DNA of 64,000 nt, from NCBI GenBank assembly GCA_963812135.1, contig CAWETU010000001.1, forward strand, positions 2,048,001 through 2,112,000. Reading direction: 5' to 3'. The DNA is from Vulcanimicrobiota bacterium (GTDB lineage Bacteria; Vulcanimicrobiota; Vulcanimicrobiia; Eremiobacterales; Eremiobacteraceae). Positions 19,115 through 30,035 of this stretch are shown here, in pieces; positions within the stretch are counted from its first letter, which is position 1, and the number at the start of each line of letters is the position of its first letter. Under the pieces are notes generated by a model. The model had not been told where the DNA came from, ran no database searches, and saw only the letters and a program-made list of their open reading frames with translations. Position numbers and translations under genes: made by a program.

Positions 19115-19128
19115 TTAGCCTTGCCTAA
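19115..19128. promoter_or_regulatory. Putative DtxR-type operator
   Basis: TTAGGCAAGGCTAA (minus strand), an imperfect TTAG..CTAA palindrome just upstream of the regulator ORF. Confidence 0.6.
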
Positions 19129-19273
19129 TTCGGGGCCTCAGGCTTGGTTATCCTGTGCCATGAGGCGGGACTTAATGGCCTTAGGGGTTGTACCGGCGCT
19201 TCGAGGGGTAAATCGGAGATAGCGAAACATTGTATGCTCTTACGTACGTTCAGTGTTAGGGGTATCAAACTCA

Positions 19274-19738
19274 ATGAAAACAACGAAATTTATCGCAGCC
19301 GGCCTGATCGCCGCCTTCATGCTTGCCATGGCTCCGAAGCCTATGGCGTTAGCAGACGGCGCGGCCAGCACCCGTAACATCCTGTTGGGCGGCGCAGCTG
19401 CGGCCGCGGCAGCGATCATCATCATCAACCACAACAAGCAAGTCCACGCGAAATACGCCGCGGACGCGCAGCAGCAAGCCGCGCTCGCCGAACAGGCCAA
19501 CAACGCGCAGGCGGCCGCGAAGCAGTACAAGCTCGCGTATACACATGAAGTGGCCGTCGCCGACTCGCTGAAGCAGGAAGTGGCGCTCCAGCAAACCCAG
19601 ATCAACAAGCTGAACGCGGCGGTCGCTGCGATCAGCCCTCCTGGCTCGAACTTCGTCGCTTCGAAACCGGTCGCGGTGGTTCCAGCATCAGGCGCTAACG
19701 CGCCTCAGGTGGTCTCGTACGGCTGGGGTACGTTTTGA
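19274..19738 (+). CDS. Secreted/membrane hypothetical protein with coiled coil
   Basis: Signal peptide, Ala/Ile hydrophobic stretch, Gln/Ala heptads. Confidence 0.65.
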   Translation: MKTTKFIAAGLIAAFMLAMAPKPMALADGAASTRNILLGGAAAAAAAIIIINHNKQVHAKYAADAQQQAALAEQANNAQAAAKQYKLAYTHEVAVADSLKQEVALQQTQINKLNAAVAAISPPGSNFVASKPVAVVPASGANAPQVVSYGWGTF

Positions 19739-20106
19739 TCGCCCGTAGACTGATCATCGCATGCGTGCTGGCTGTGGGCCTGGTGGCCTGCAGCCAGTCG
19801 CACGCCAATGACCCGACAGCGGTGGCGACGTCGGCCGCGCAGGCCCTGTACAACAACGACTACAGCGGCGCCACGGCGAATTTCGACGATGCGCTGAAGG
19901 GCCAAGCGACGCGCACGCAAGTCGCGGTGATCTCCGACAAGATGCACACGCTTGGCGATTTCCAAGGCCTGACGCTGACCAAGAGCGACGAAGACACGCG
20001 CCGCTATTGGTTCGACGCCAAGTTCAGCAAAGGCACGATGACCGTCGAGATGAAGCTGCACGCGAACGGGCAGATCGCGGCCTATCGGATCGTCCCCGCC
20101 TCATAA
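19735..20106 (+). CDS. Lipoprotein, DUF3887-like
   Basis: Lipobox LVAC; A...FD..LK, LG.F, F.KG...GQIA pattern. Confidence 0.6.
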   Translation: MIARRLIIACVLAVGLVACSQSHANDPTAVATSAAQALYNNDYSGATANFDDALKGQATRTQVAVISDKMHTLGDFQGLTLTKSDEDTRRYWFDAKFSKGTMTVEMKLHANGQIAAYRIVPAS

Positions 20107-20107
20107 T

Positions 20108-20162
20108 GTAGCGGTCGAGTTTACTCGACCGAGTGGATGTAGCGGCCGAATTCATTCGGCCG
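20108..20162 (+). repeat. Tandem pair of REP-like palindromes, family A
   Basis: GTAG-CGGTCGAG-TTTA-CTCGACCG (20108-20131) and GTAG-CGGCCGAA-TTCA-TTCGGCCG (20139-20162); the add stop lies in the second loop. Confidence 0.85.
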
Positions 20163-21168
20163 TTCTTTTTTCGTACGCATCGACCTCGGCGATCCAGCGA
20201 CGCTTGTCTTCTTCTCTTGCAAAGGAGGCTTTGAAGCCATTGCGCGCTAGATGGGCAAGCTCTACTTTGGGAAAACCATGTCGCGCGAGGCTTGCGTATT
20301 CGTCCACGAGCGTCGCGCCGAAGAACGTCGGATCATCCGAGCTGAGTGTCACAGTCAGGCCTTCGCTCAAGAATTCGTAGAGCGGATGCGCCTTGACGTG
20401 GCGGACGGCGCCGGTTATTACGTTGCTCGTGGGGCATGCATCTATGGCTACCCCGCGCTCGCGTAGTAGCTCCATGACATCTCGGCGGCCACGCGCGCTC
20501 ACCCCGTGACCGATGCGCTCCGCGTGGAGCAATTCCACCGCGTCGACGATGCTTTCCGCGCCGGCCGCCTCGCCCGCGTGAACAGTGCGACGAAGACCAA
20601 CTTCTTCTGCTTTTCGAAATGCTGCTTGGAAGTCGCGCGCGGGAAAGTTTCGTTCATCGCCGCCGAGCCCTACGCCGATCACACCTTGCGCCCGCCAGCG
20701 TTGCGCTAGCGCGATATCTTCAAACGCATCGCCTTCGCCGAGGTTGCGCACCAGGTCGAAGATCAGGAGCGACGAGATACCGGACTCGCGATGCGCCCGA
20801 TCGCAGGCCTCGCACACGGCACCCACCAGCTGCTCAAGGTTAATTCCAGGCACGAACTTGCGCTGCGTCGCCGGTGAAAGGAAGATTTCGACATGGCGGA
20901 CCCCATCGGCGGCGGAGGATGTAAGATATTCGCTTGCAAGCTCGGCAAAATCACGCGGCTCTTTGAGAACCCGAACGACTTTGAGAAACGCCCGTAGGAA
21001 CGAGTCAAAGTCGCGGCAGTGGAACAGCGCAGCCGGATCTTCTGCCGGTTCGATGCCGTTGCGTCTGGCGATCCGGACATATGCCTGCGGTGTGATGGTC
21101 CCTTCGAGATGCACGTGGAGTTCAGGCTTGGGAAGGCCCTTGATCCAAGCGTGGTCGCTTTCGCTCAC
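20152..21168 (-). CDS. add: Adenosine/adenine deaminase
   Basis: LPKPELHVHLEG, TVHAGE, RIGHG, CPTSN, SSDDP. Confidence 0.9.
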   Translation of the reverse strand: MSESDHAWIKGLPKPELHVHLEGTITPQAYVRIARRNGIEPAEDPAALFHCRDFDSFLRAFLKVVRVLKEPRDFAELASEYLTSSAADGVRHVEIFLSPATQRKFVPGINLEQLVGAVCEACDRAHRESGISSLLIFDLVRNLGEGDAFEDIALAQRWRAQGVIGVGLGGDERNFPARDFQAAFRKAEEVGLRRTVHAGEAAGAESIVDAVELLHAERIGHGVSARGRRDVMELLRERGVAIDACPTSNVITGAVRHVKAHPLYEFLSEGLTVTLSSDDPTFFGATLVDEYASLARHGFPKVELAHLARNGFKASFAREEDKRRWIAEVDAYEKRTAE

Positions 21169-22028
21169 TGCGCCGAGAACGTGCGTAAGTACTCGAGCGT
21201 TTGGAGATCGATGCAGCCGTCGTCGCGAACGCGGTCTTCAAGGTTTTCGCGATGCATGAACGAGACGAGCGCTTTACGCGCGTTGTCGTCGAATCGACTA
21301 CCTTGGGGTAACTCGCGCGCTTTGGTAAGCAGTTCCGCCAGTTGGGCTCCGAGCTTGTCGTCGATCGGTAAGATCTCGTCGGGCAATGGCTTGAAGTAGT
21401 ACAGCTTATGGATCTCGAGGATTCGCGCAAGTTCTTCAATGGGCCGCGGATTGTCGTCGACCCTCAGATCGACATACCGATCGTTGAAACCGGCGTATCC
21501 GCCGCCTGGTTTTGCGATGTAAAGCGCAGCGCTTTGCTGGCCGCGCTTGTCGCCGCCGGCGGCCTGACCCGCGCGCAATGCGGCCACTAATCGGTCCGCA
21601 AGATGCCCTTTGGTTTGATGGAAAGCGCTCACCATCGAGTCGACGACGGCTTGGCCCACGAGAATGTTTCCTTGAGCGGCGAAGTTTGGTCCGTTCTCTC
21701 CGCCTGCCCAATCCTTGCATTTCTCGCCAGTGTACGTGGCGGAGCGGCCCTTGGCATCGACGATTCCGACCTGACGTTCATCGGCGTGTTCGTCATCGCC
21801 AGTCAGCGTGCGCATTGTCTCTTCGGGGGTCGCCCCTTTGCGTAGTAAATCAAGACCACGGGGTCCATATGTCGTGTTCGCCCACGATTGCGTGGCGATC
21901 GCGCCGACGCCGCCCTCGACCCACGGAACGGCTGACCCCACGGAGAGGAATTTGGATTCCACTGCGACGCCGAGTTCGTTCTTTTCTGGATCGAACGCGA
22001 CGATGGAAAATGTCGATGGCACCAACAT
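21165..22028 (-). CDS. DUF1028 (Ntn-hydrolase-like) protein with a C-terminal putative peptidoglycan-binding domain
   Basis: TFSIVA, GAIATQS, AQGNIL, GGDKRGQQSAAL, DLRVDD...P, ENLEDR. Confidence 0.85.
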   Translation of the reverse strand: MLVPSTFSIVAFDPEKNELGVAVESKFLSVGSAVPWVEGGVGAIATQSWANTTYGPRGLDLLRKGATPEETMRTLTGDDEHADERQVGIVDAKGRSATYTGEKCKDWAGGENGPNFAAQGNILVGQAVVDSMVSAFHQTKGHLADRLVAALRAGQAAGGDKRGQQSAALYIAKPGGGYAGFNDRYVDLRVDDNPRPIEELARILEIHKLYYFKPLPDEILPIDDKLGAQLAELLTKARELPQGSRFDDNARKALVSFMHRENLEDRVRDDGCIDLQTLEYLRTFSAQ

Positions 22029-22067
22029 GCGGGCAGGTACGCGACGTAGTCTCGACGTACCTATCAG

Positions 22068-22453
<386 letters not shown>

Positions 22454-22465
22454 ATTTTCAGGATA

Positions 22466-22514
22466 AAGAAAACGCGCAATCTTCTGTCGGACGAGAGATT
22501 GCGCGTTCTTGTTT
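22466..22514. terminator. Probable bidirectional intrinsic terminator
   Basis: AACGCGCAATCT/AGATTGCGCGTT 12-bp stem, A-rich left flank and T-rich right flank, between tRNA and convergent sulfatase. Confidence 0.7.
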
Positions 22515-22526
22515 ACGTCGCCGAGT

Positions 22527-24908
22527 TTAGACGTTGAGCGCTTTCTTCATATGCAGTTCTTGGATAGCTTTCTGCGCCTCCTCGCTGAGGTTTGACTTTC
22601 CGACCTGGACGGTCACCTTGTGAATCTTGCCGGTGAACTTGTTGTCGCCCGCTTTGTAGTCGTCGCTGACACACGTGTAGAGGTTCTCGCCCACGTCCGT
22701 CGTCTCCGCACCGAATGCGAACGGCTGAGTGTGTTCGATCCGCCCCGTGCCGACTTGTGCACCATTGACGAAGAGCACGCCGTCACCGCCCGCGCCGAGC
22801 TTGCCGCCACCATCGTACGCGAACTCGAAACGCAATGTCACCCGCCCAGCCGGCAGACGAGCGGATCCGACAATCTTGTAAATCTCGCGGCCGAGAAAGT
22901 TCCAGGCAAACCGGGGTGCGCCGTCCTTGACGTACAGGCTCCAGCCTCCCATATCCCCGCCTTGGGCGATGACCACTCCCTCCGCGCCAGCCTTCGGGAC
23001 CTCGATGTCGGCCGTAATGACGAAAGATCGGTTCTTGATGTTGATGAAGCCATTTTCGGGAATCCCTTTCATCCCCTCATAGACCGTCATCTCGGTACGA
23101 CCTTCCATCAGGTCCGGACGGCCTGCCAGAGCGGCGTTGAAGCGCTCCCAAGCGCGATCGTCAAGCGGAAGCACATGGTACTTGACGGCCTCTTCCAGGA
23201 AGACTCCCTTTAGCTTCTCAAGTTTGTCCGGATACTTCGCGGCAAGGTCGTGCGCGCAACTGAAATCTTCCTCGACGTTGTAAAGCTCCCACTTGTCGTT
23301 TTCAAACGTAGCTCGCGGCTTGGGCTCCCACGGCGGGCGATGCACCGTGGTGGCGAACCAGCCGTCTTGGTAGATCCCCCGGTTGCCCGCCATCTCGAAG
23401 TACTGCGTGGTGTGGCGAGATTTCGCATCGGGGTTATTCAGGGTGTCGAGCACGCTCACGCCTTCGAGGGGCTTCTGCTCGACGCCATAGACGACCGCGG
23501 GCTCGGGCACACCAACTGCCTCCAACACCGTCGGCGCGATATCGATCATGTGCATCCATTGCGTACGTAGACCGCCCTTCTCCGCAATGCCCTTCGGCCA
23601 GTTGACGACCATGGATTGGCAGACGCCGCCGTACGAGGCGACTTGGTGGCCCCATCCAAACGGCGTGGCGCCGGCAAAAGCCCAGCCATTGTTGTACAGA
23701 ATATGGGACTTGGGGCCGCCGATTTCGTCGAAATTCTTGAGCGCAACCTCCAGCGGCTCTGGCAGCCCGTTAAACACGGACAGCTCATTGAAGGCGCCAT
23801 TCAGGCCGCCTTGAAAAACCGAACCGTTGTCGCCCGTGATGTACACGATCAGCGTGTTGTCCATTTCGCCAAGGGCCTCAATCTCATCCAGGAACCGGCC
23901 GACTTCGTAGTCGGTCACCTCGGCAAAGGCGGCATAGATCTCCATATATCTAGCAAAGACTTTTTTCTCGTCGGCTGTCAATTGGTCCCATTCCTGAATC
24001 CCCGGCGGCTTCGGCGCGGCATCGGTGCCCGGGGGCACGACGCCGAGCTCGATTTGGCGGGCCAGCGTCTCCTTACGTACCTGGTCCCACCCCTGGTCGA
24101 ACTTGCCCTTGTACCTGTCGCGCCACGAATCGGGCACCTGGAACGGGCCGTGTGTACCGATCGCGGAGTAGTAGACGAAGAATGGTTTGTCGGGCGCCAA
24201 CGAACGCTGCGAACGCAGCCAGAGGATAGCCTTGTCGGTGATGTCGGTACTCGCGTAGTAATCGGGATCGGGGCGTATGTCCACCCTCGTCATGTTGTCG
24301 TAAATGACAGGATGGAAGAGGTCAGCCTCTCCAGACATGAAGCCGTAGAACTTCTCAAACCCGCTATGCACGGGCCAGCGATCGAACGGCCCGACCACAC
24401 TCGCTTCCCAGGGTCCCAGCTCGTGACATTTGCCGAACATGGCAGTGCTATAGCCGTTGAGTCGCAAGATCTGGGGCAACATTGTGATGCTGTCGGGACG
24501 CATCGCGGTGTACCCCGGAAAACCGGTCGCAATTTCCGAGATCACGCCGAAGTTCGCGCTATGATTGTTGCGGCCAGTGAGCAGGGCCACGCGGGCCGGC
24601 GAACACAACGGGGGGACTTTGAGGTTATTGTAGCGCAGCCCGGTCTTGGCCAGCCGGTCCAGCGTCGGCATCTGTATCGGCCCTCCGAACGTCGATATGT
24701 CGCCGAAGCCCATGTTGTCGAGAAGGATGACTACCACGTTCGGCGCACCTTTGGGCGCCTTTACCTCGAATCGCGGCGGAGCTTTCGCGTTGTGCGCATC
24801 AAGCTCGGTGATCGGCGGATACTCAGGGGGTTGGATGGGCAGCACGGTGCGGTCCATAGATGCGGCTGCCCCTGGCTTGCCGCTTTGCGCCGCGGAATCG
24901 TTTGTCAT
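22527..24908 (-). CDS. Arylsulfatase (AtsA-like, C-terminal LamG-like domain)
   Basis: PNVVVILLD, LCSPARVALLTGRN (CxPxR), GYSTAMFGKCH, DNG. Confidence 0.9.
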   Translation of the reverse strand: MTNDSAAQSGKPGAAASMDRTVLPIQPPEYPPITELDAHNAKAPPRFEVKAPKGAPNVVVILLDNMGFGDISTFGGPIQMPTLDRLAKTGLRYNNLKVPPLCSPARVALLTGRNNHSANFGVISEIATGFPGYTAMRPDSITMLPQILRLNGYSTAMFGKCHELGPWEASVVGPFDRWPVHSGFEKFYGFMSGEADLFHPVIYDNMTRVDIRPDPDYYASTDITDKAILWLRSQRSLAPDKPFFVYYSAIGTHGPFQVPDSWRDRYKGKFDQGWDQVRKETLARQIELGVVPPGTDAAPKPPGIQEWDQLTADEKKVFARYMEIYAAFAEVTDYEVGRFLDEIEALGEMDNTLIVYITGDNGSVFQGGLNGAFNELSVFNGLPEPLEVALKNFDEIGGPKSHILYNNGWAFAGATPFGWGHQVASYGGVCQSMVVNWPKGIAEKGGLRTQWMHMIDIAPTVLEAVGVPEPAVVYGVEQKPLEGVSVLDTLNNPDAKSRHTTQYFEMAGNRGIYQDGWFATTVHRPPWEPKPRATFENDKWELYNVEEDFSCAHDLAAKYPDKLEKLKGVFLEEAVKYHVLPLDDRAWERFNAALAGRPDLMEGRTEMTVYEGMKGIPENGFINIKNRSFVITADIEVPKAGAEGVVIAQGGDMGGWSLYVKDGAPRFAWNFLGREIYKIVGSARLPAGRVTLRFEFAYDGGGKLGAGGDGVLFVNGAQVGTGRIEHTQPFAFGAETTDVGENLYTCVSDDYKAGDNKFTGKIHKVTVQVGKSNLSEEAQKAIQELHMKKALNV

Positions 24909-25188
24909 GGATTTTTCCCCCTATCGCCCGATCGAAGACGTATGGCTTTATCGAAGAGAAGATATGTCGCCACGTTCACGCCCGAGCCCTTCTCCTGCCC
25001 GCGGTCTCTCTAGGCCGTCGACTTCGCCGAGTGCGTCATCTTAACGGAAGGTAAAGAATGCCGGAATCGTTGGCTCATGGCTGCTGCGACGAGCTCAAAT
25101 CAATCCCCGCAAATTTCCGGGACATAGATAGTTACGATCGCATCTCCGCGGACAAGCGCGACTTGATGCGTTATGAGGAGGTACGGAC

Positions 25189-25578
25189 GTGAAAGTACAG
25201 CTTGGCGCGGTCTGGCATTTCAGCCTTGCCGTCAGAGACCCGGAGAAGAGCGCGCAGTTTTGGACCAAGAACTTCGATCTGCAGGAAATGTTTCGGTCCG
25301 ACGAGGCCATCGCGCTGACGAACGACGCGATGATCATCGGGTTCTTCAAAGGCATACCACATCCGGACGCGATCGACCACATGTCGTTTCACCTCGACAG
25401 TATGCGCGCGCTGCGCGAAGCGTTCGAGATGTTGAAGAAAAACGGCGTAGAACTGGAAGATCCGGGCGACGAGATCGGCCCCACATCGCCGGGCTCGCCG
25501 CATATGGGCCTGTGGTTTCACGATCCGGACGGGTATCGCTGGGAGCTCGCGGTTCAGAACGGTGCCCGCGAGCGCTAA
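25189..25578 (+). CDS. VOC/glyoxalase family protein
   Basis: HFSLAVRD..KS..FW, IDHMSF, FHDPDGYRWEL; GAGGAGG RBS. Confidence 0.85.
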   Translation: MKVQLGAVWHFSLAVRDPEKSAQFWTKNFDLQEMFRSDEAIALTNDAMIIGFFKGIPHPDAIDHMSFHLDSMRALREAFEMLKKNGVELEDPGDEIGPTSPGSPHMGLWFHDPDGYRWELAVQNGARER

Positions 25579-25720
25579 CCGTGCAGCTCGGCTCAGTTCC
25601 TAATTTGCCAGCGCGCCTCTATGTGAATGACACAAGTTGTCAAGGTTTTGTTATCCGATCATTTGTGCGCCCCCGCAAATGCAATATTCGCCGCCCTCTC
25701 ACTCATTAGGGAGGGCGATC

Positions 25721-26917
25721 TTATTTTGCGCGGTACAGTGAGTGGCCGCCCAGATTGATCCAGTCAAACGTCCGGTTGTTTTCCTGAGCTTTCGGCGCAT
25801 AAAAGGTGCGCATAGCGCGCCGTCCATCAGCGAAGGTGAAGATCATCGTCTGGTTCTGGATGGAGTAGGTACCTTGCTGTATTCGAGGATGTTCATAGAA
25901 GGCGCTAGGCACAATCATCTGGTCCATGACCTGGTGATCAATAAACGTCCCATCTGCCGAAAACTGCAAGTACTGGCCTGCGCCGGTGACGCCCCAGTTA
26001 TAGCTCCCGGAGAATCTCTTTCCTGTGCAGCGGCACATCGGAACATAGACGTCGAGCCCCGGATTTGCGGAGCTCTCGTTCCGCGTGATGACTTGGCGGT
26101 CCCCAGCGTAATCCTGCCACTGGATGCTGATCTGGTTGCCATCCACGCGATATCGGCCGACCCAACTACGGTTGGTATTGGGATCGTTGCGATTTGCGGT
26201 GAAATCGAACCCGATCATGCCATCCTTAGGCACATTCTTGACGACCCAACCATCCGGACTGAAAAGCAAAGGCTTGGCTCCAAGCCCGCCGCTCGCGTCG
26301 AGACTGAAGCTGACATAGATTCCCTCGAGCGCTCCCGGCGGCAGCTTGTGTGGTGCTTCCGCAACCGGGCCTGAGCCGGCAGGTGGGGGAGTCTTCGAAC
26401 CAGGGAGCGCGTCACCGAAGCTCAGACTGGCGAGAAAAGTCTGCTGAAAGACCTGCTCGTATGCGGAAAGCATGGTGCCCGAAGGCACGTTGCTCATGAA
26501 CATCACGGTCTGGATGCGCTTCTTGTACTGCGCTCCCATCAGGAACGCGTTCCACTGGACGCCGTTGCGATCACGCGCGATACCCGTTGCGTAGTACGCG
26601 TCGTAGCCGTTAGCGTGCATCTGCGTGATTTGTCCGCCTTGCAATATCTGGTACGAGCTCGTGAAGCCCTGCCAGAGCTCGCCGAACGATTTCGCTAGGT
26701 CGCCGTCAATATTGTCGGCGGCGATCGCGATGTACGTCACCGTGCCCGGCGGAGGTGCCGGGGCGTAGATGATCGTCGTGTCTCCCTTTTGAATCGGATT
26801 CCAGCCGTTAGGCATCTTGAAAAGGAAGTTGCCGACCTGCGTGTCCGGAGCGAGCTGCGCTGCCGCAGCCGGCATTGCGGCAAGCAGGGCAAGAAGAAGC
26901 GCTCCAAGACGAATCAT
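25721..26917 (-). CDS. Secreted hypothetical protein
   Basis: Signal peptide MIRLGALLLALLAAMPAAAA; ATGA overlap with upstream ORF. Confidence 0.7.
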   Translation of the reverse strand: MIRLGALLLALLAAMPAAAAQLAPDTQVGNFLFKMPNGWNPIQKGDTTIIYAPAPPPGTVTYIAIAADNIDGDLAKSFGELWQGFTSSYQILQGGQITQMHANGYDAYYATGIARDRNGVQWNAFLMGAQYKKRIQTVMFMSNVPSGTMLSAYEQVFQQTFLASLSFGDALPGSKTPPPAGSGPVAEAPHKLPPGALEGIYVSFSLDASGGLGAKPLLFSPDGWVVKNVPKDGMIGFDFTANRNDPNTNRSWVGRYRVDGNQISIQWQDYAGDRQVITRNESSANPGLDVYVPMCRCTGKRFSGSYNWGVTGAGQYLQFSADGTFIDHQVMDQMIVPSAFYEHPRIQQGTYSIQNQTMIFTFADGRRAMRTFYAPKAQENNRTFDWINLGGHSLYRAK

Positions 26918-29005
26918 TTCAGCGGTGCGGGATTTTCCTGCGGCGTCGTGCGCCGCAACTCCAGCACCGTATGCTCGTGCGCTTGGCATGGTAGGCCGGG
27001 CGAAGAACCGCAATCGCTTTCTCGATCGTAGACCTTGCGCGCAAGTATCCCACCGCTGCCGCGCTGCCAGTCGGTGATCGTGAACGCGACACCGGCGATC
27101 ACGCCCGGGCGGGCGAGGTACAGTTCCGACATGTGCGCTTGCATAAAGAGGCGGCCAGTGAAGACCGTCGACGTTATGTCAGACCCATTCTCCGGTCCAC
27201 ACCGGGCCCACAAAACGTCGTGCGATTGCGACATGCCTAGCACCAGGGTCACTCCGAAGTTCTGCCCCAGCCGGACCTTCATCGGATCGGCGACGACGAG
27301 CACATAGCCCGGGAATTCCCCGTGAAAGCGCGATTGACACGAGCATTCAATCAACTTGGCGGTGTACGCGTCTGGCGAGGCTTGACCAAGCAATGCGTAC
27401 GACCGGTTCTGCATGCCTTGCACCGTCTCGAGCGAGATCGGCACGTCGGCGCTCATATGGTAGTGCATCGTATAGTCCCACCCACCCGGCCCGACGATCG
27501 CCTGATGGTAATCGAATGTGGAGTTCATCAAGAGCTCGAGGTTGACGTCGTAGTCGATCACGGCAAACGTGTATGACGCCACTTTGGTGAGCAGCGTCGT
27601 CCGTTTGATCAGCTCGACCGGGACGGTGAGAAAAGCGAGGATGCTGCGCGGCTGGCCGATCGCCGAGACGAAGTCTTCCTTGATGTTCGCGCGCTGCAGC
27701 TGCAGTAGGCCGACGACCGTCGCCTGCTTCTCGACCTCGGTGGAGAAATCAGGCAGATCATCGGGCCGAGCTTTACCCTCGACGATGACGTGCGACTCGC
27801 CCGCCTCGTCGGTGGGCACGCGTGCGGTCTCGATGCCGCGGTAGTCCACCAGCGCTTGACCGTCGGTGATCCTCCAATCAACGGCGGCATCGCCGACCGG
27901 GCCATCGTGGAAAATATCGCCCGTATCAAGCCCAACGGTGGCCAGCGCGTTCTTGAGGCAGTTCGTCCAGGTCCAATTCTTCGCGTTGATGCGCACCGAG
28001 CCGATAAGCTCGCGCTGCTCGCCCGCGGCTCGCGTCCTGTTGCGCCGCAGCGGTGGCTTATCCATCGTGATCTTGAACTCGAGCAGCGACTAGGTAGGTG
28101 AGCAACAGCTGCGCCCACGCCACGATAACGTTGAAGGCTGCCGAAATCGCTTGCGCTTTCGAGATCCCCGGCTCAGCCGCGTGGATGTGTTCCGCCACGT
28201 ATTCGAGCAGCTTATCGAAACCTTGGCTCTCGACAGATCCGCCCAGTTCCATGATCTGCCCCGCGCCTTCTGACGGATCGCAGGGAGGCTTGGCATCGGC
28301 GACGCGCACCGGCCCGAAATCGAGCGTTCCGATCTCGGCAACGCGCACGGACCTCGGGGCTGATGCGGCCGCACTGCGCGACGCGGCGAACAAGTCAGCC
28401 GCGAGCCTGCGCAAGACCAACGCTGTTTGGATCGCATCAAGATCGATCTTGCTCGTATCGGATTCGGTGGAAAGATCGTAGTGCTGCGTGCCTTCGCGGC
28501 CGAGCGCGATGATGAACTGCGCCCAGAAGCGCAGCGCGGGATCTGCGCTTTGCGCATCCGTGCGGATCCCGGCGGTGATGAGCCCGGCGACATCCGCACC
28601 TTTGAAAGGCGCCAGCTCATCTTGCATAGCGGCTCCAAGCGAAGACAACGGCGCCAGCGCGACGCCGTGTTCCATCGCCTTCAGCATCGCCTCGATCTCC
28701 CAAGAGGAAAAGCCCACGTGCTGATTCGCTCCCGCGGGCTGGACGAGATAGGAGCCGTCGGCGTTGCGCACCGGCATGCCGGCCAGTCCGAGCGCCTGCA
28801 ACAATCCTTGTCGCGCTCCAGGGCCACCGGCGAGGACTTGGCGAGCAAGCACCGTCGCTTGATCGCTGACGGGGGCGGGCGATACCGCCGCCGGCGCGGG
28901 CTGCGCGGAGGTTGGCGCGGAGGTTGTCGCGGACGCGCTCGCCAGGGGCATGACCGCGAGATTGAACGCCAGCAGGACGGCGACGCAGCTTCTCACGTTC
29001 ATCAT
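26914..29005 (-). CDS. Large secreted hypothetical protein, frameshifted near 28090
   Basis: ORFs 28058-29005 and 26914-28065 join as ...LLLTY-SLLEFKITMDKPP... if a +1 shift is corrected. Confidence 0.6.
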
Positions 29006-29008
29006 CGG

Positions 29009-30034
29009 CTACGATTGCGCTTGCGGTGGCGCGGCGGGCGTCGCGCTCGGCTGTGGCGGCGGGCCGCTAGCCGACGGCGACGGCCTGCCAGTCGGCGGTC
29101 CCGGCGGCGCGAGGCTTGGCGGCGGCACTTGCGTGTAACCGGAAGGCACGTCGAAGAAGGCCGGATCGTAGGCGATCTTGCTGATGGATGTCGTCTCGAT
29201 GCGCGTAGTTAGTAATGAAGCGAAATCGAGTCCCGGCATCGTCGGGAGTTGGAACGGCATCGTGGACAGGTCGACCTTTCGCTCTAAGCGCAGGGGTATC
29301 TCGATATTCCCGGCCATGATCTGCCCTGACTGGCTGCAGCTGTTGGGCATGTCGGAGAGCGCATACCACTTGTCGGTGGTCGCGCTCGGGATACCCGGCG
29401 CAGAAAAAGTTTCGACTTCGTGGTGCGCCTGCATGCCGGCGATCGTCTGGACCTGATCATCCTTTTGGCGGTCGATGTGCACCTGGGCTTGCGAAGCGTT
29501 CTGGTGGACCGCCGCCGCGATGAGTGCGTCGCTGGAATCGAGCGTCGTCACGAAATAGGTCTTCGCGTCGTGATTCAGCGTGATGATCTTGCCGGCGTCG
29601 CACTGGGCGATGAGCGAGATGTGTTCGTAATCAACACGCGCGCGCTGCGGCGAGATGGTTGTGGTCGAGCTGATCGTTTTGTCTTTTATGATAACGGTAG
29701 GCATCACGTGCCCCATCACGTTCTTCTCGAGCTTGCTCGCGACGGTGTCCGCGAGCGAACCGAGGATCGGCGACGCGCGGCTCAATGCGGCGCGGATGAC
29801 TCCGGTGAGGAAGTCGTGGATCCGGTCTTGGATCTGCGCTTGGAACGCCTGCGCCATCACCTGCGCCGGGTTGAACCCCGGCTTGCTCGGCATCCCCCCA
29901 GGCGCCGTGGGCACCTTCACGTGCGTGACCTGCACGTACTGCAGCACCTGTTCATCTGCGCGTGCGCTCACCGGCGTCGCGGCGAGCGATGCCGCGAGCA
30001 GCGCGCATATCAATGGAATGCATATGTGCTTCAT
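29009..30034 (-). CDS. Secreted protein, DUF4412/LolA-like, Pro-rich tail
   Basis: Signal peptide; KIITLNHDAKTY, TIAG..AHH, DPAFFDVPSGY. Confidence 0.6.
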   Translation of the reverse strand: MKHICIPLICALLAASLAATPVSARADEQVLQYVQVTHVKVPTAPGGMPSKPGFNPAQVMAQAFQAQIQDRIHDFLTGVIRAALSRASPILGSLADTVASKLEKNVMGHVMPTVIIKDKTISSTTTISPQRARVDYEHISLIAQCDAGKIITLNHDAKTYFVTTLDSSDALIAAAVHQNASQAQVHIDRQKDDQVQTIAGMQAHHEVETFSAPGIPSATTDKWYALSDMPNSCSQSGQIMAGNIEIPLRLERKVDLSTMPFQLPTMPGLDFASLLTTRIETTSISKIAYDPAFFDVPSGYTQVPPPSLAPPGPPTGRPSPSASGPPPQPSATPAAPPQAQS

Positions 30035-30035
30035 A

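Noticed and set aside
20108..20162. Tandem palindromic repeats as a mini-CRISPR
   Set aside because: Only two units with a 7-nt spacer, no cas genes, and the same unit is dispersed singly across the window
28090..28093. CTAG as an IS excision footprint
   Set aside because: CTAG is not duplicated and a single-base error explains the shift equally well
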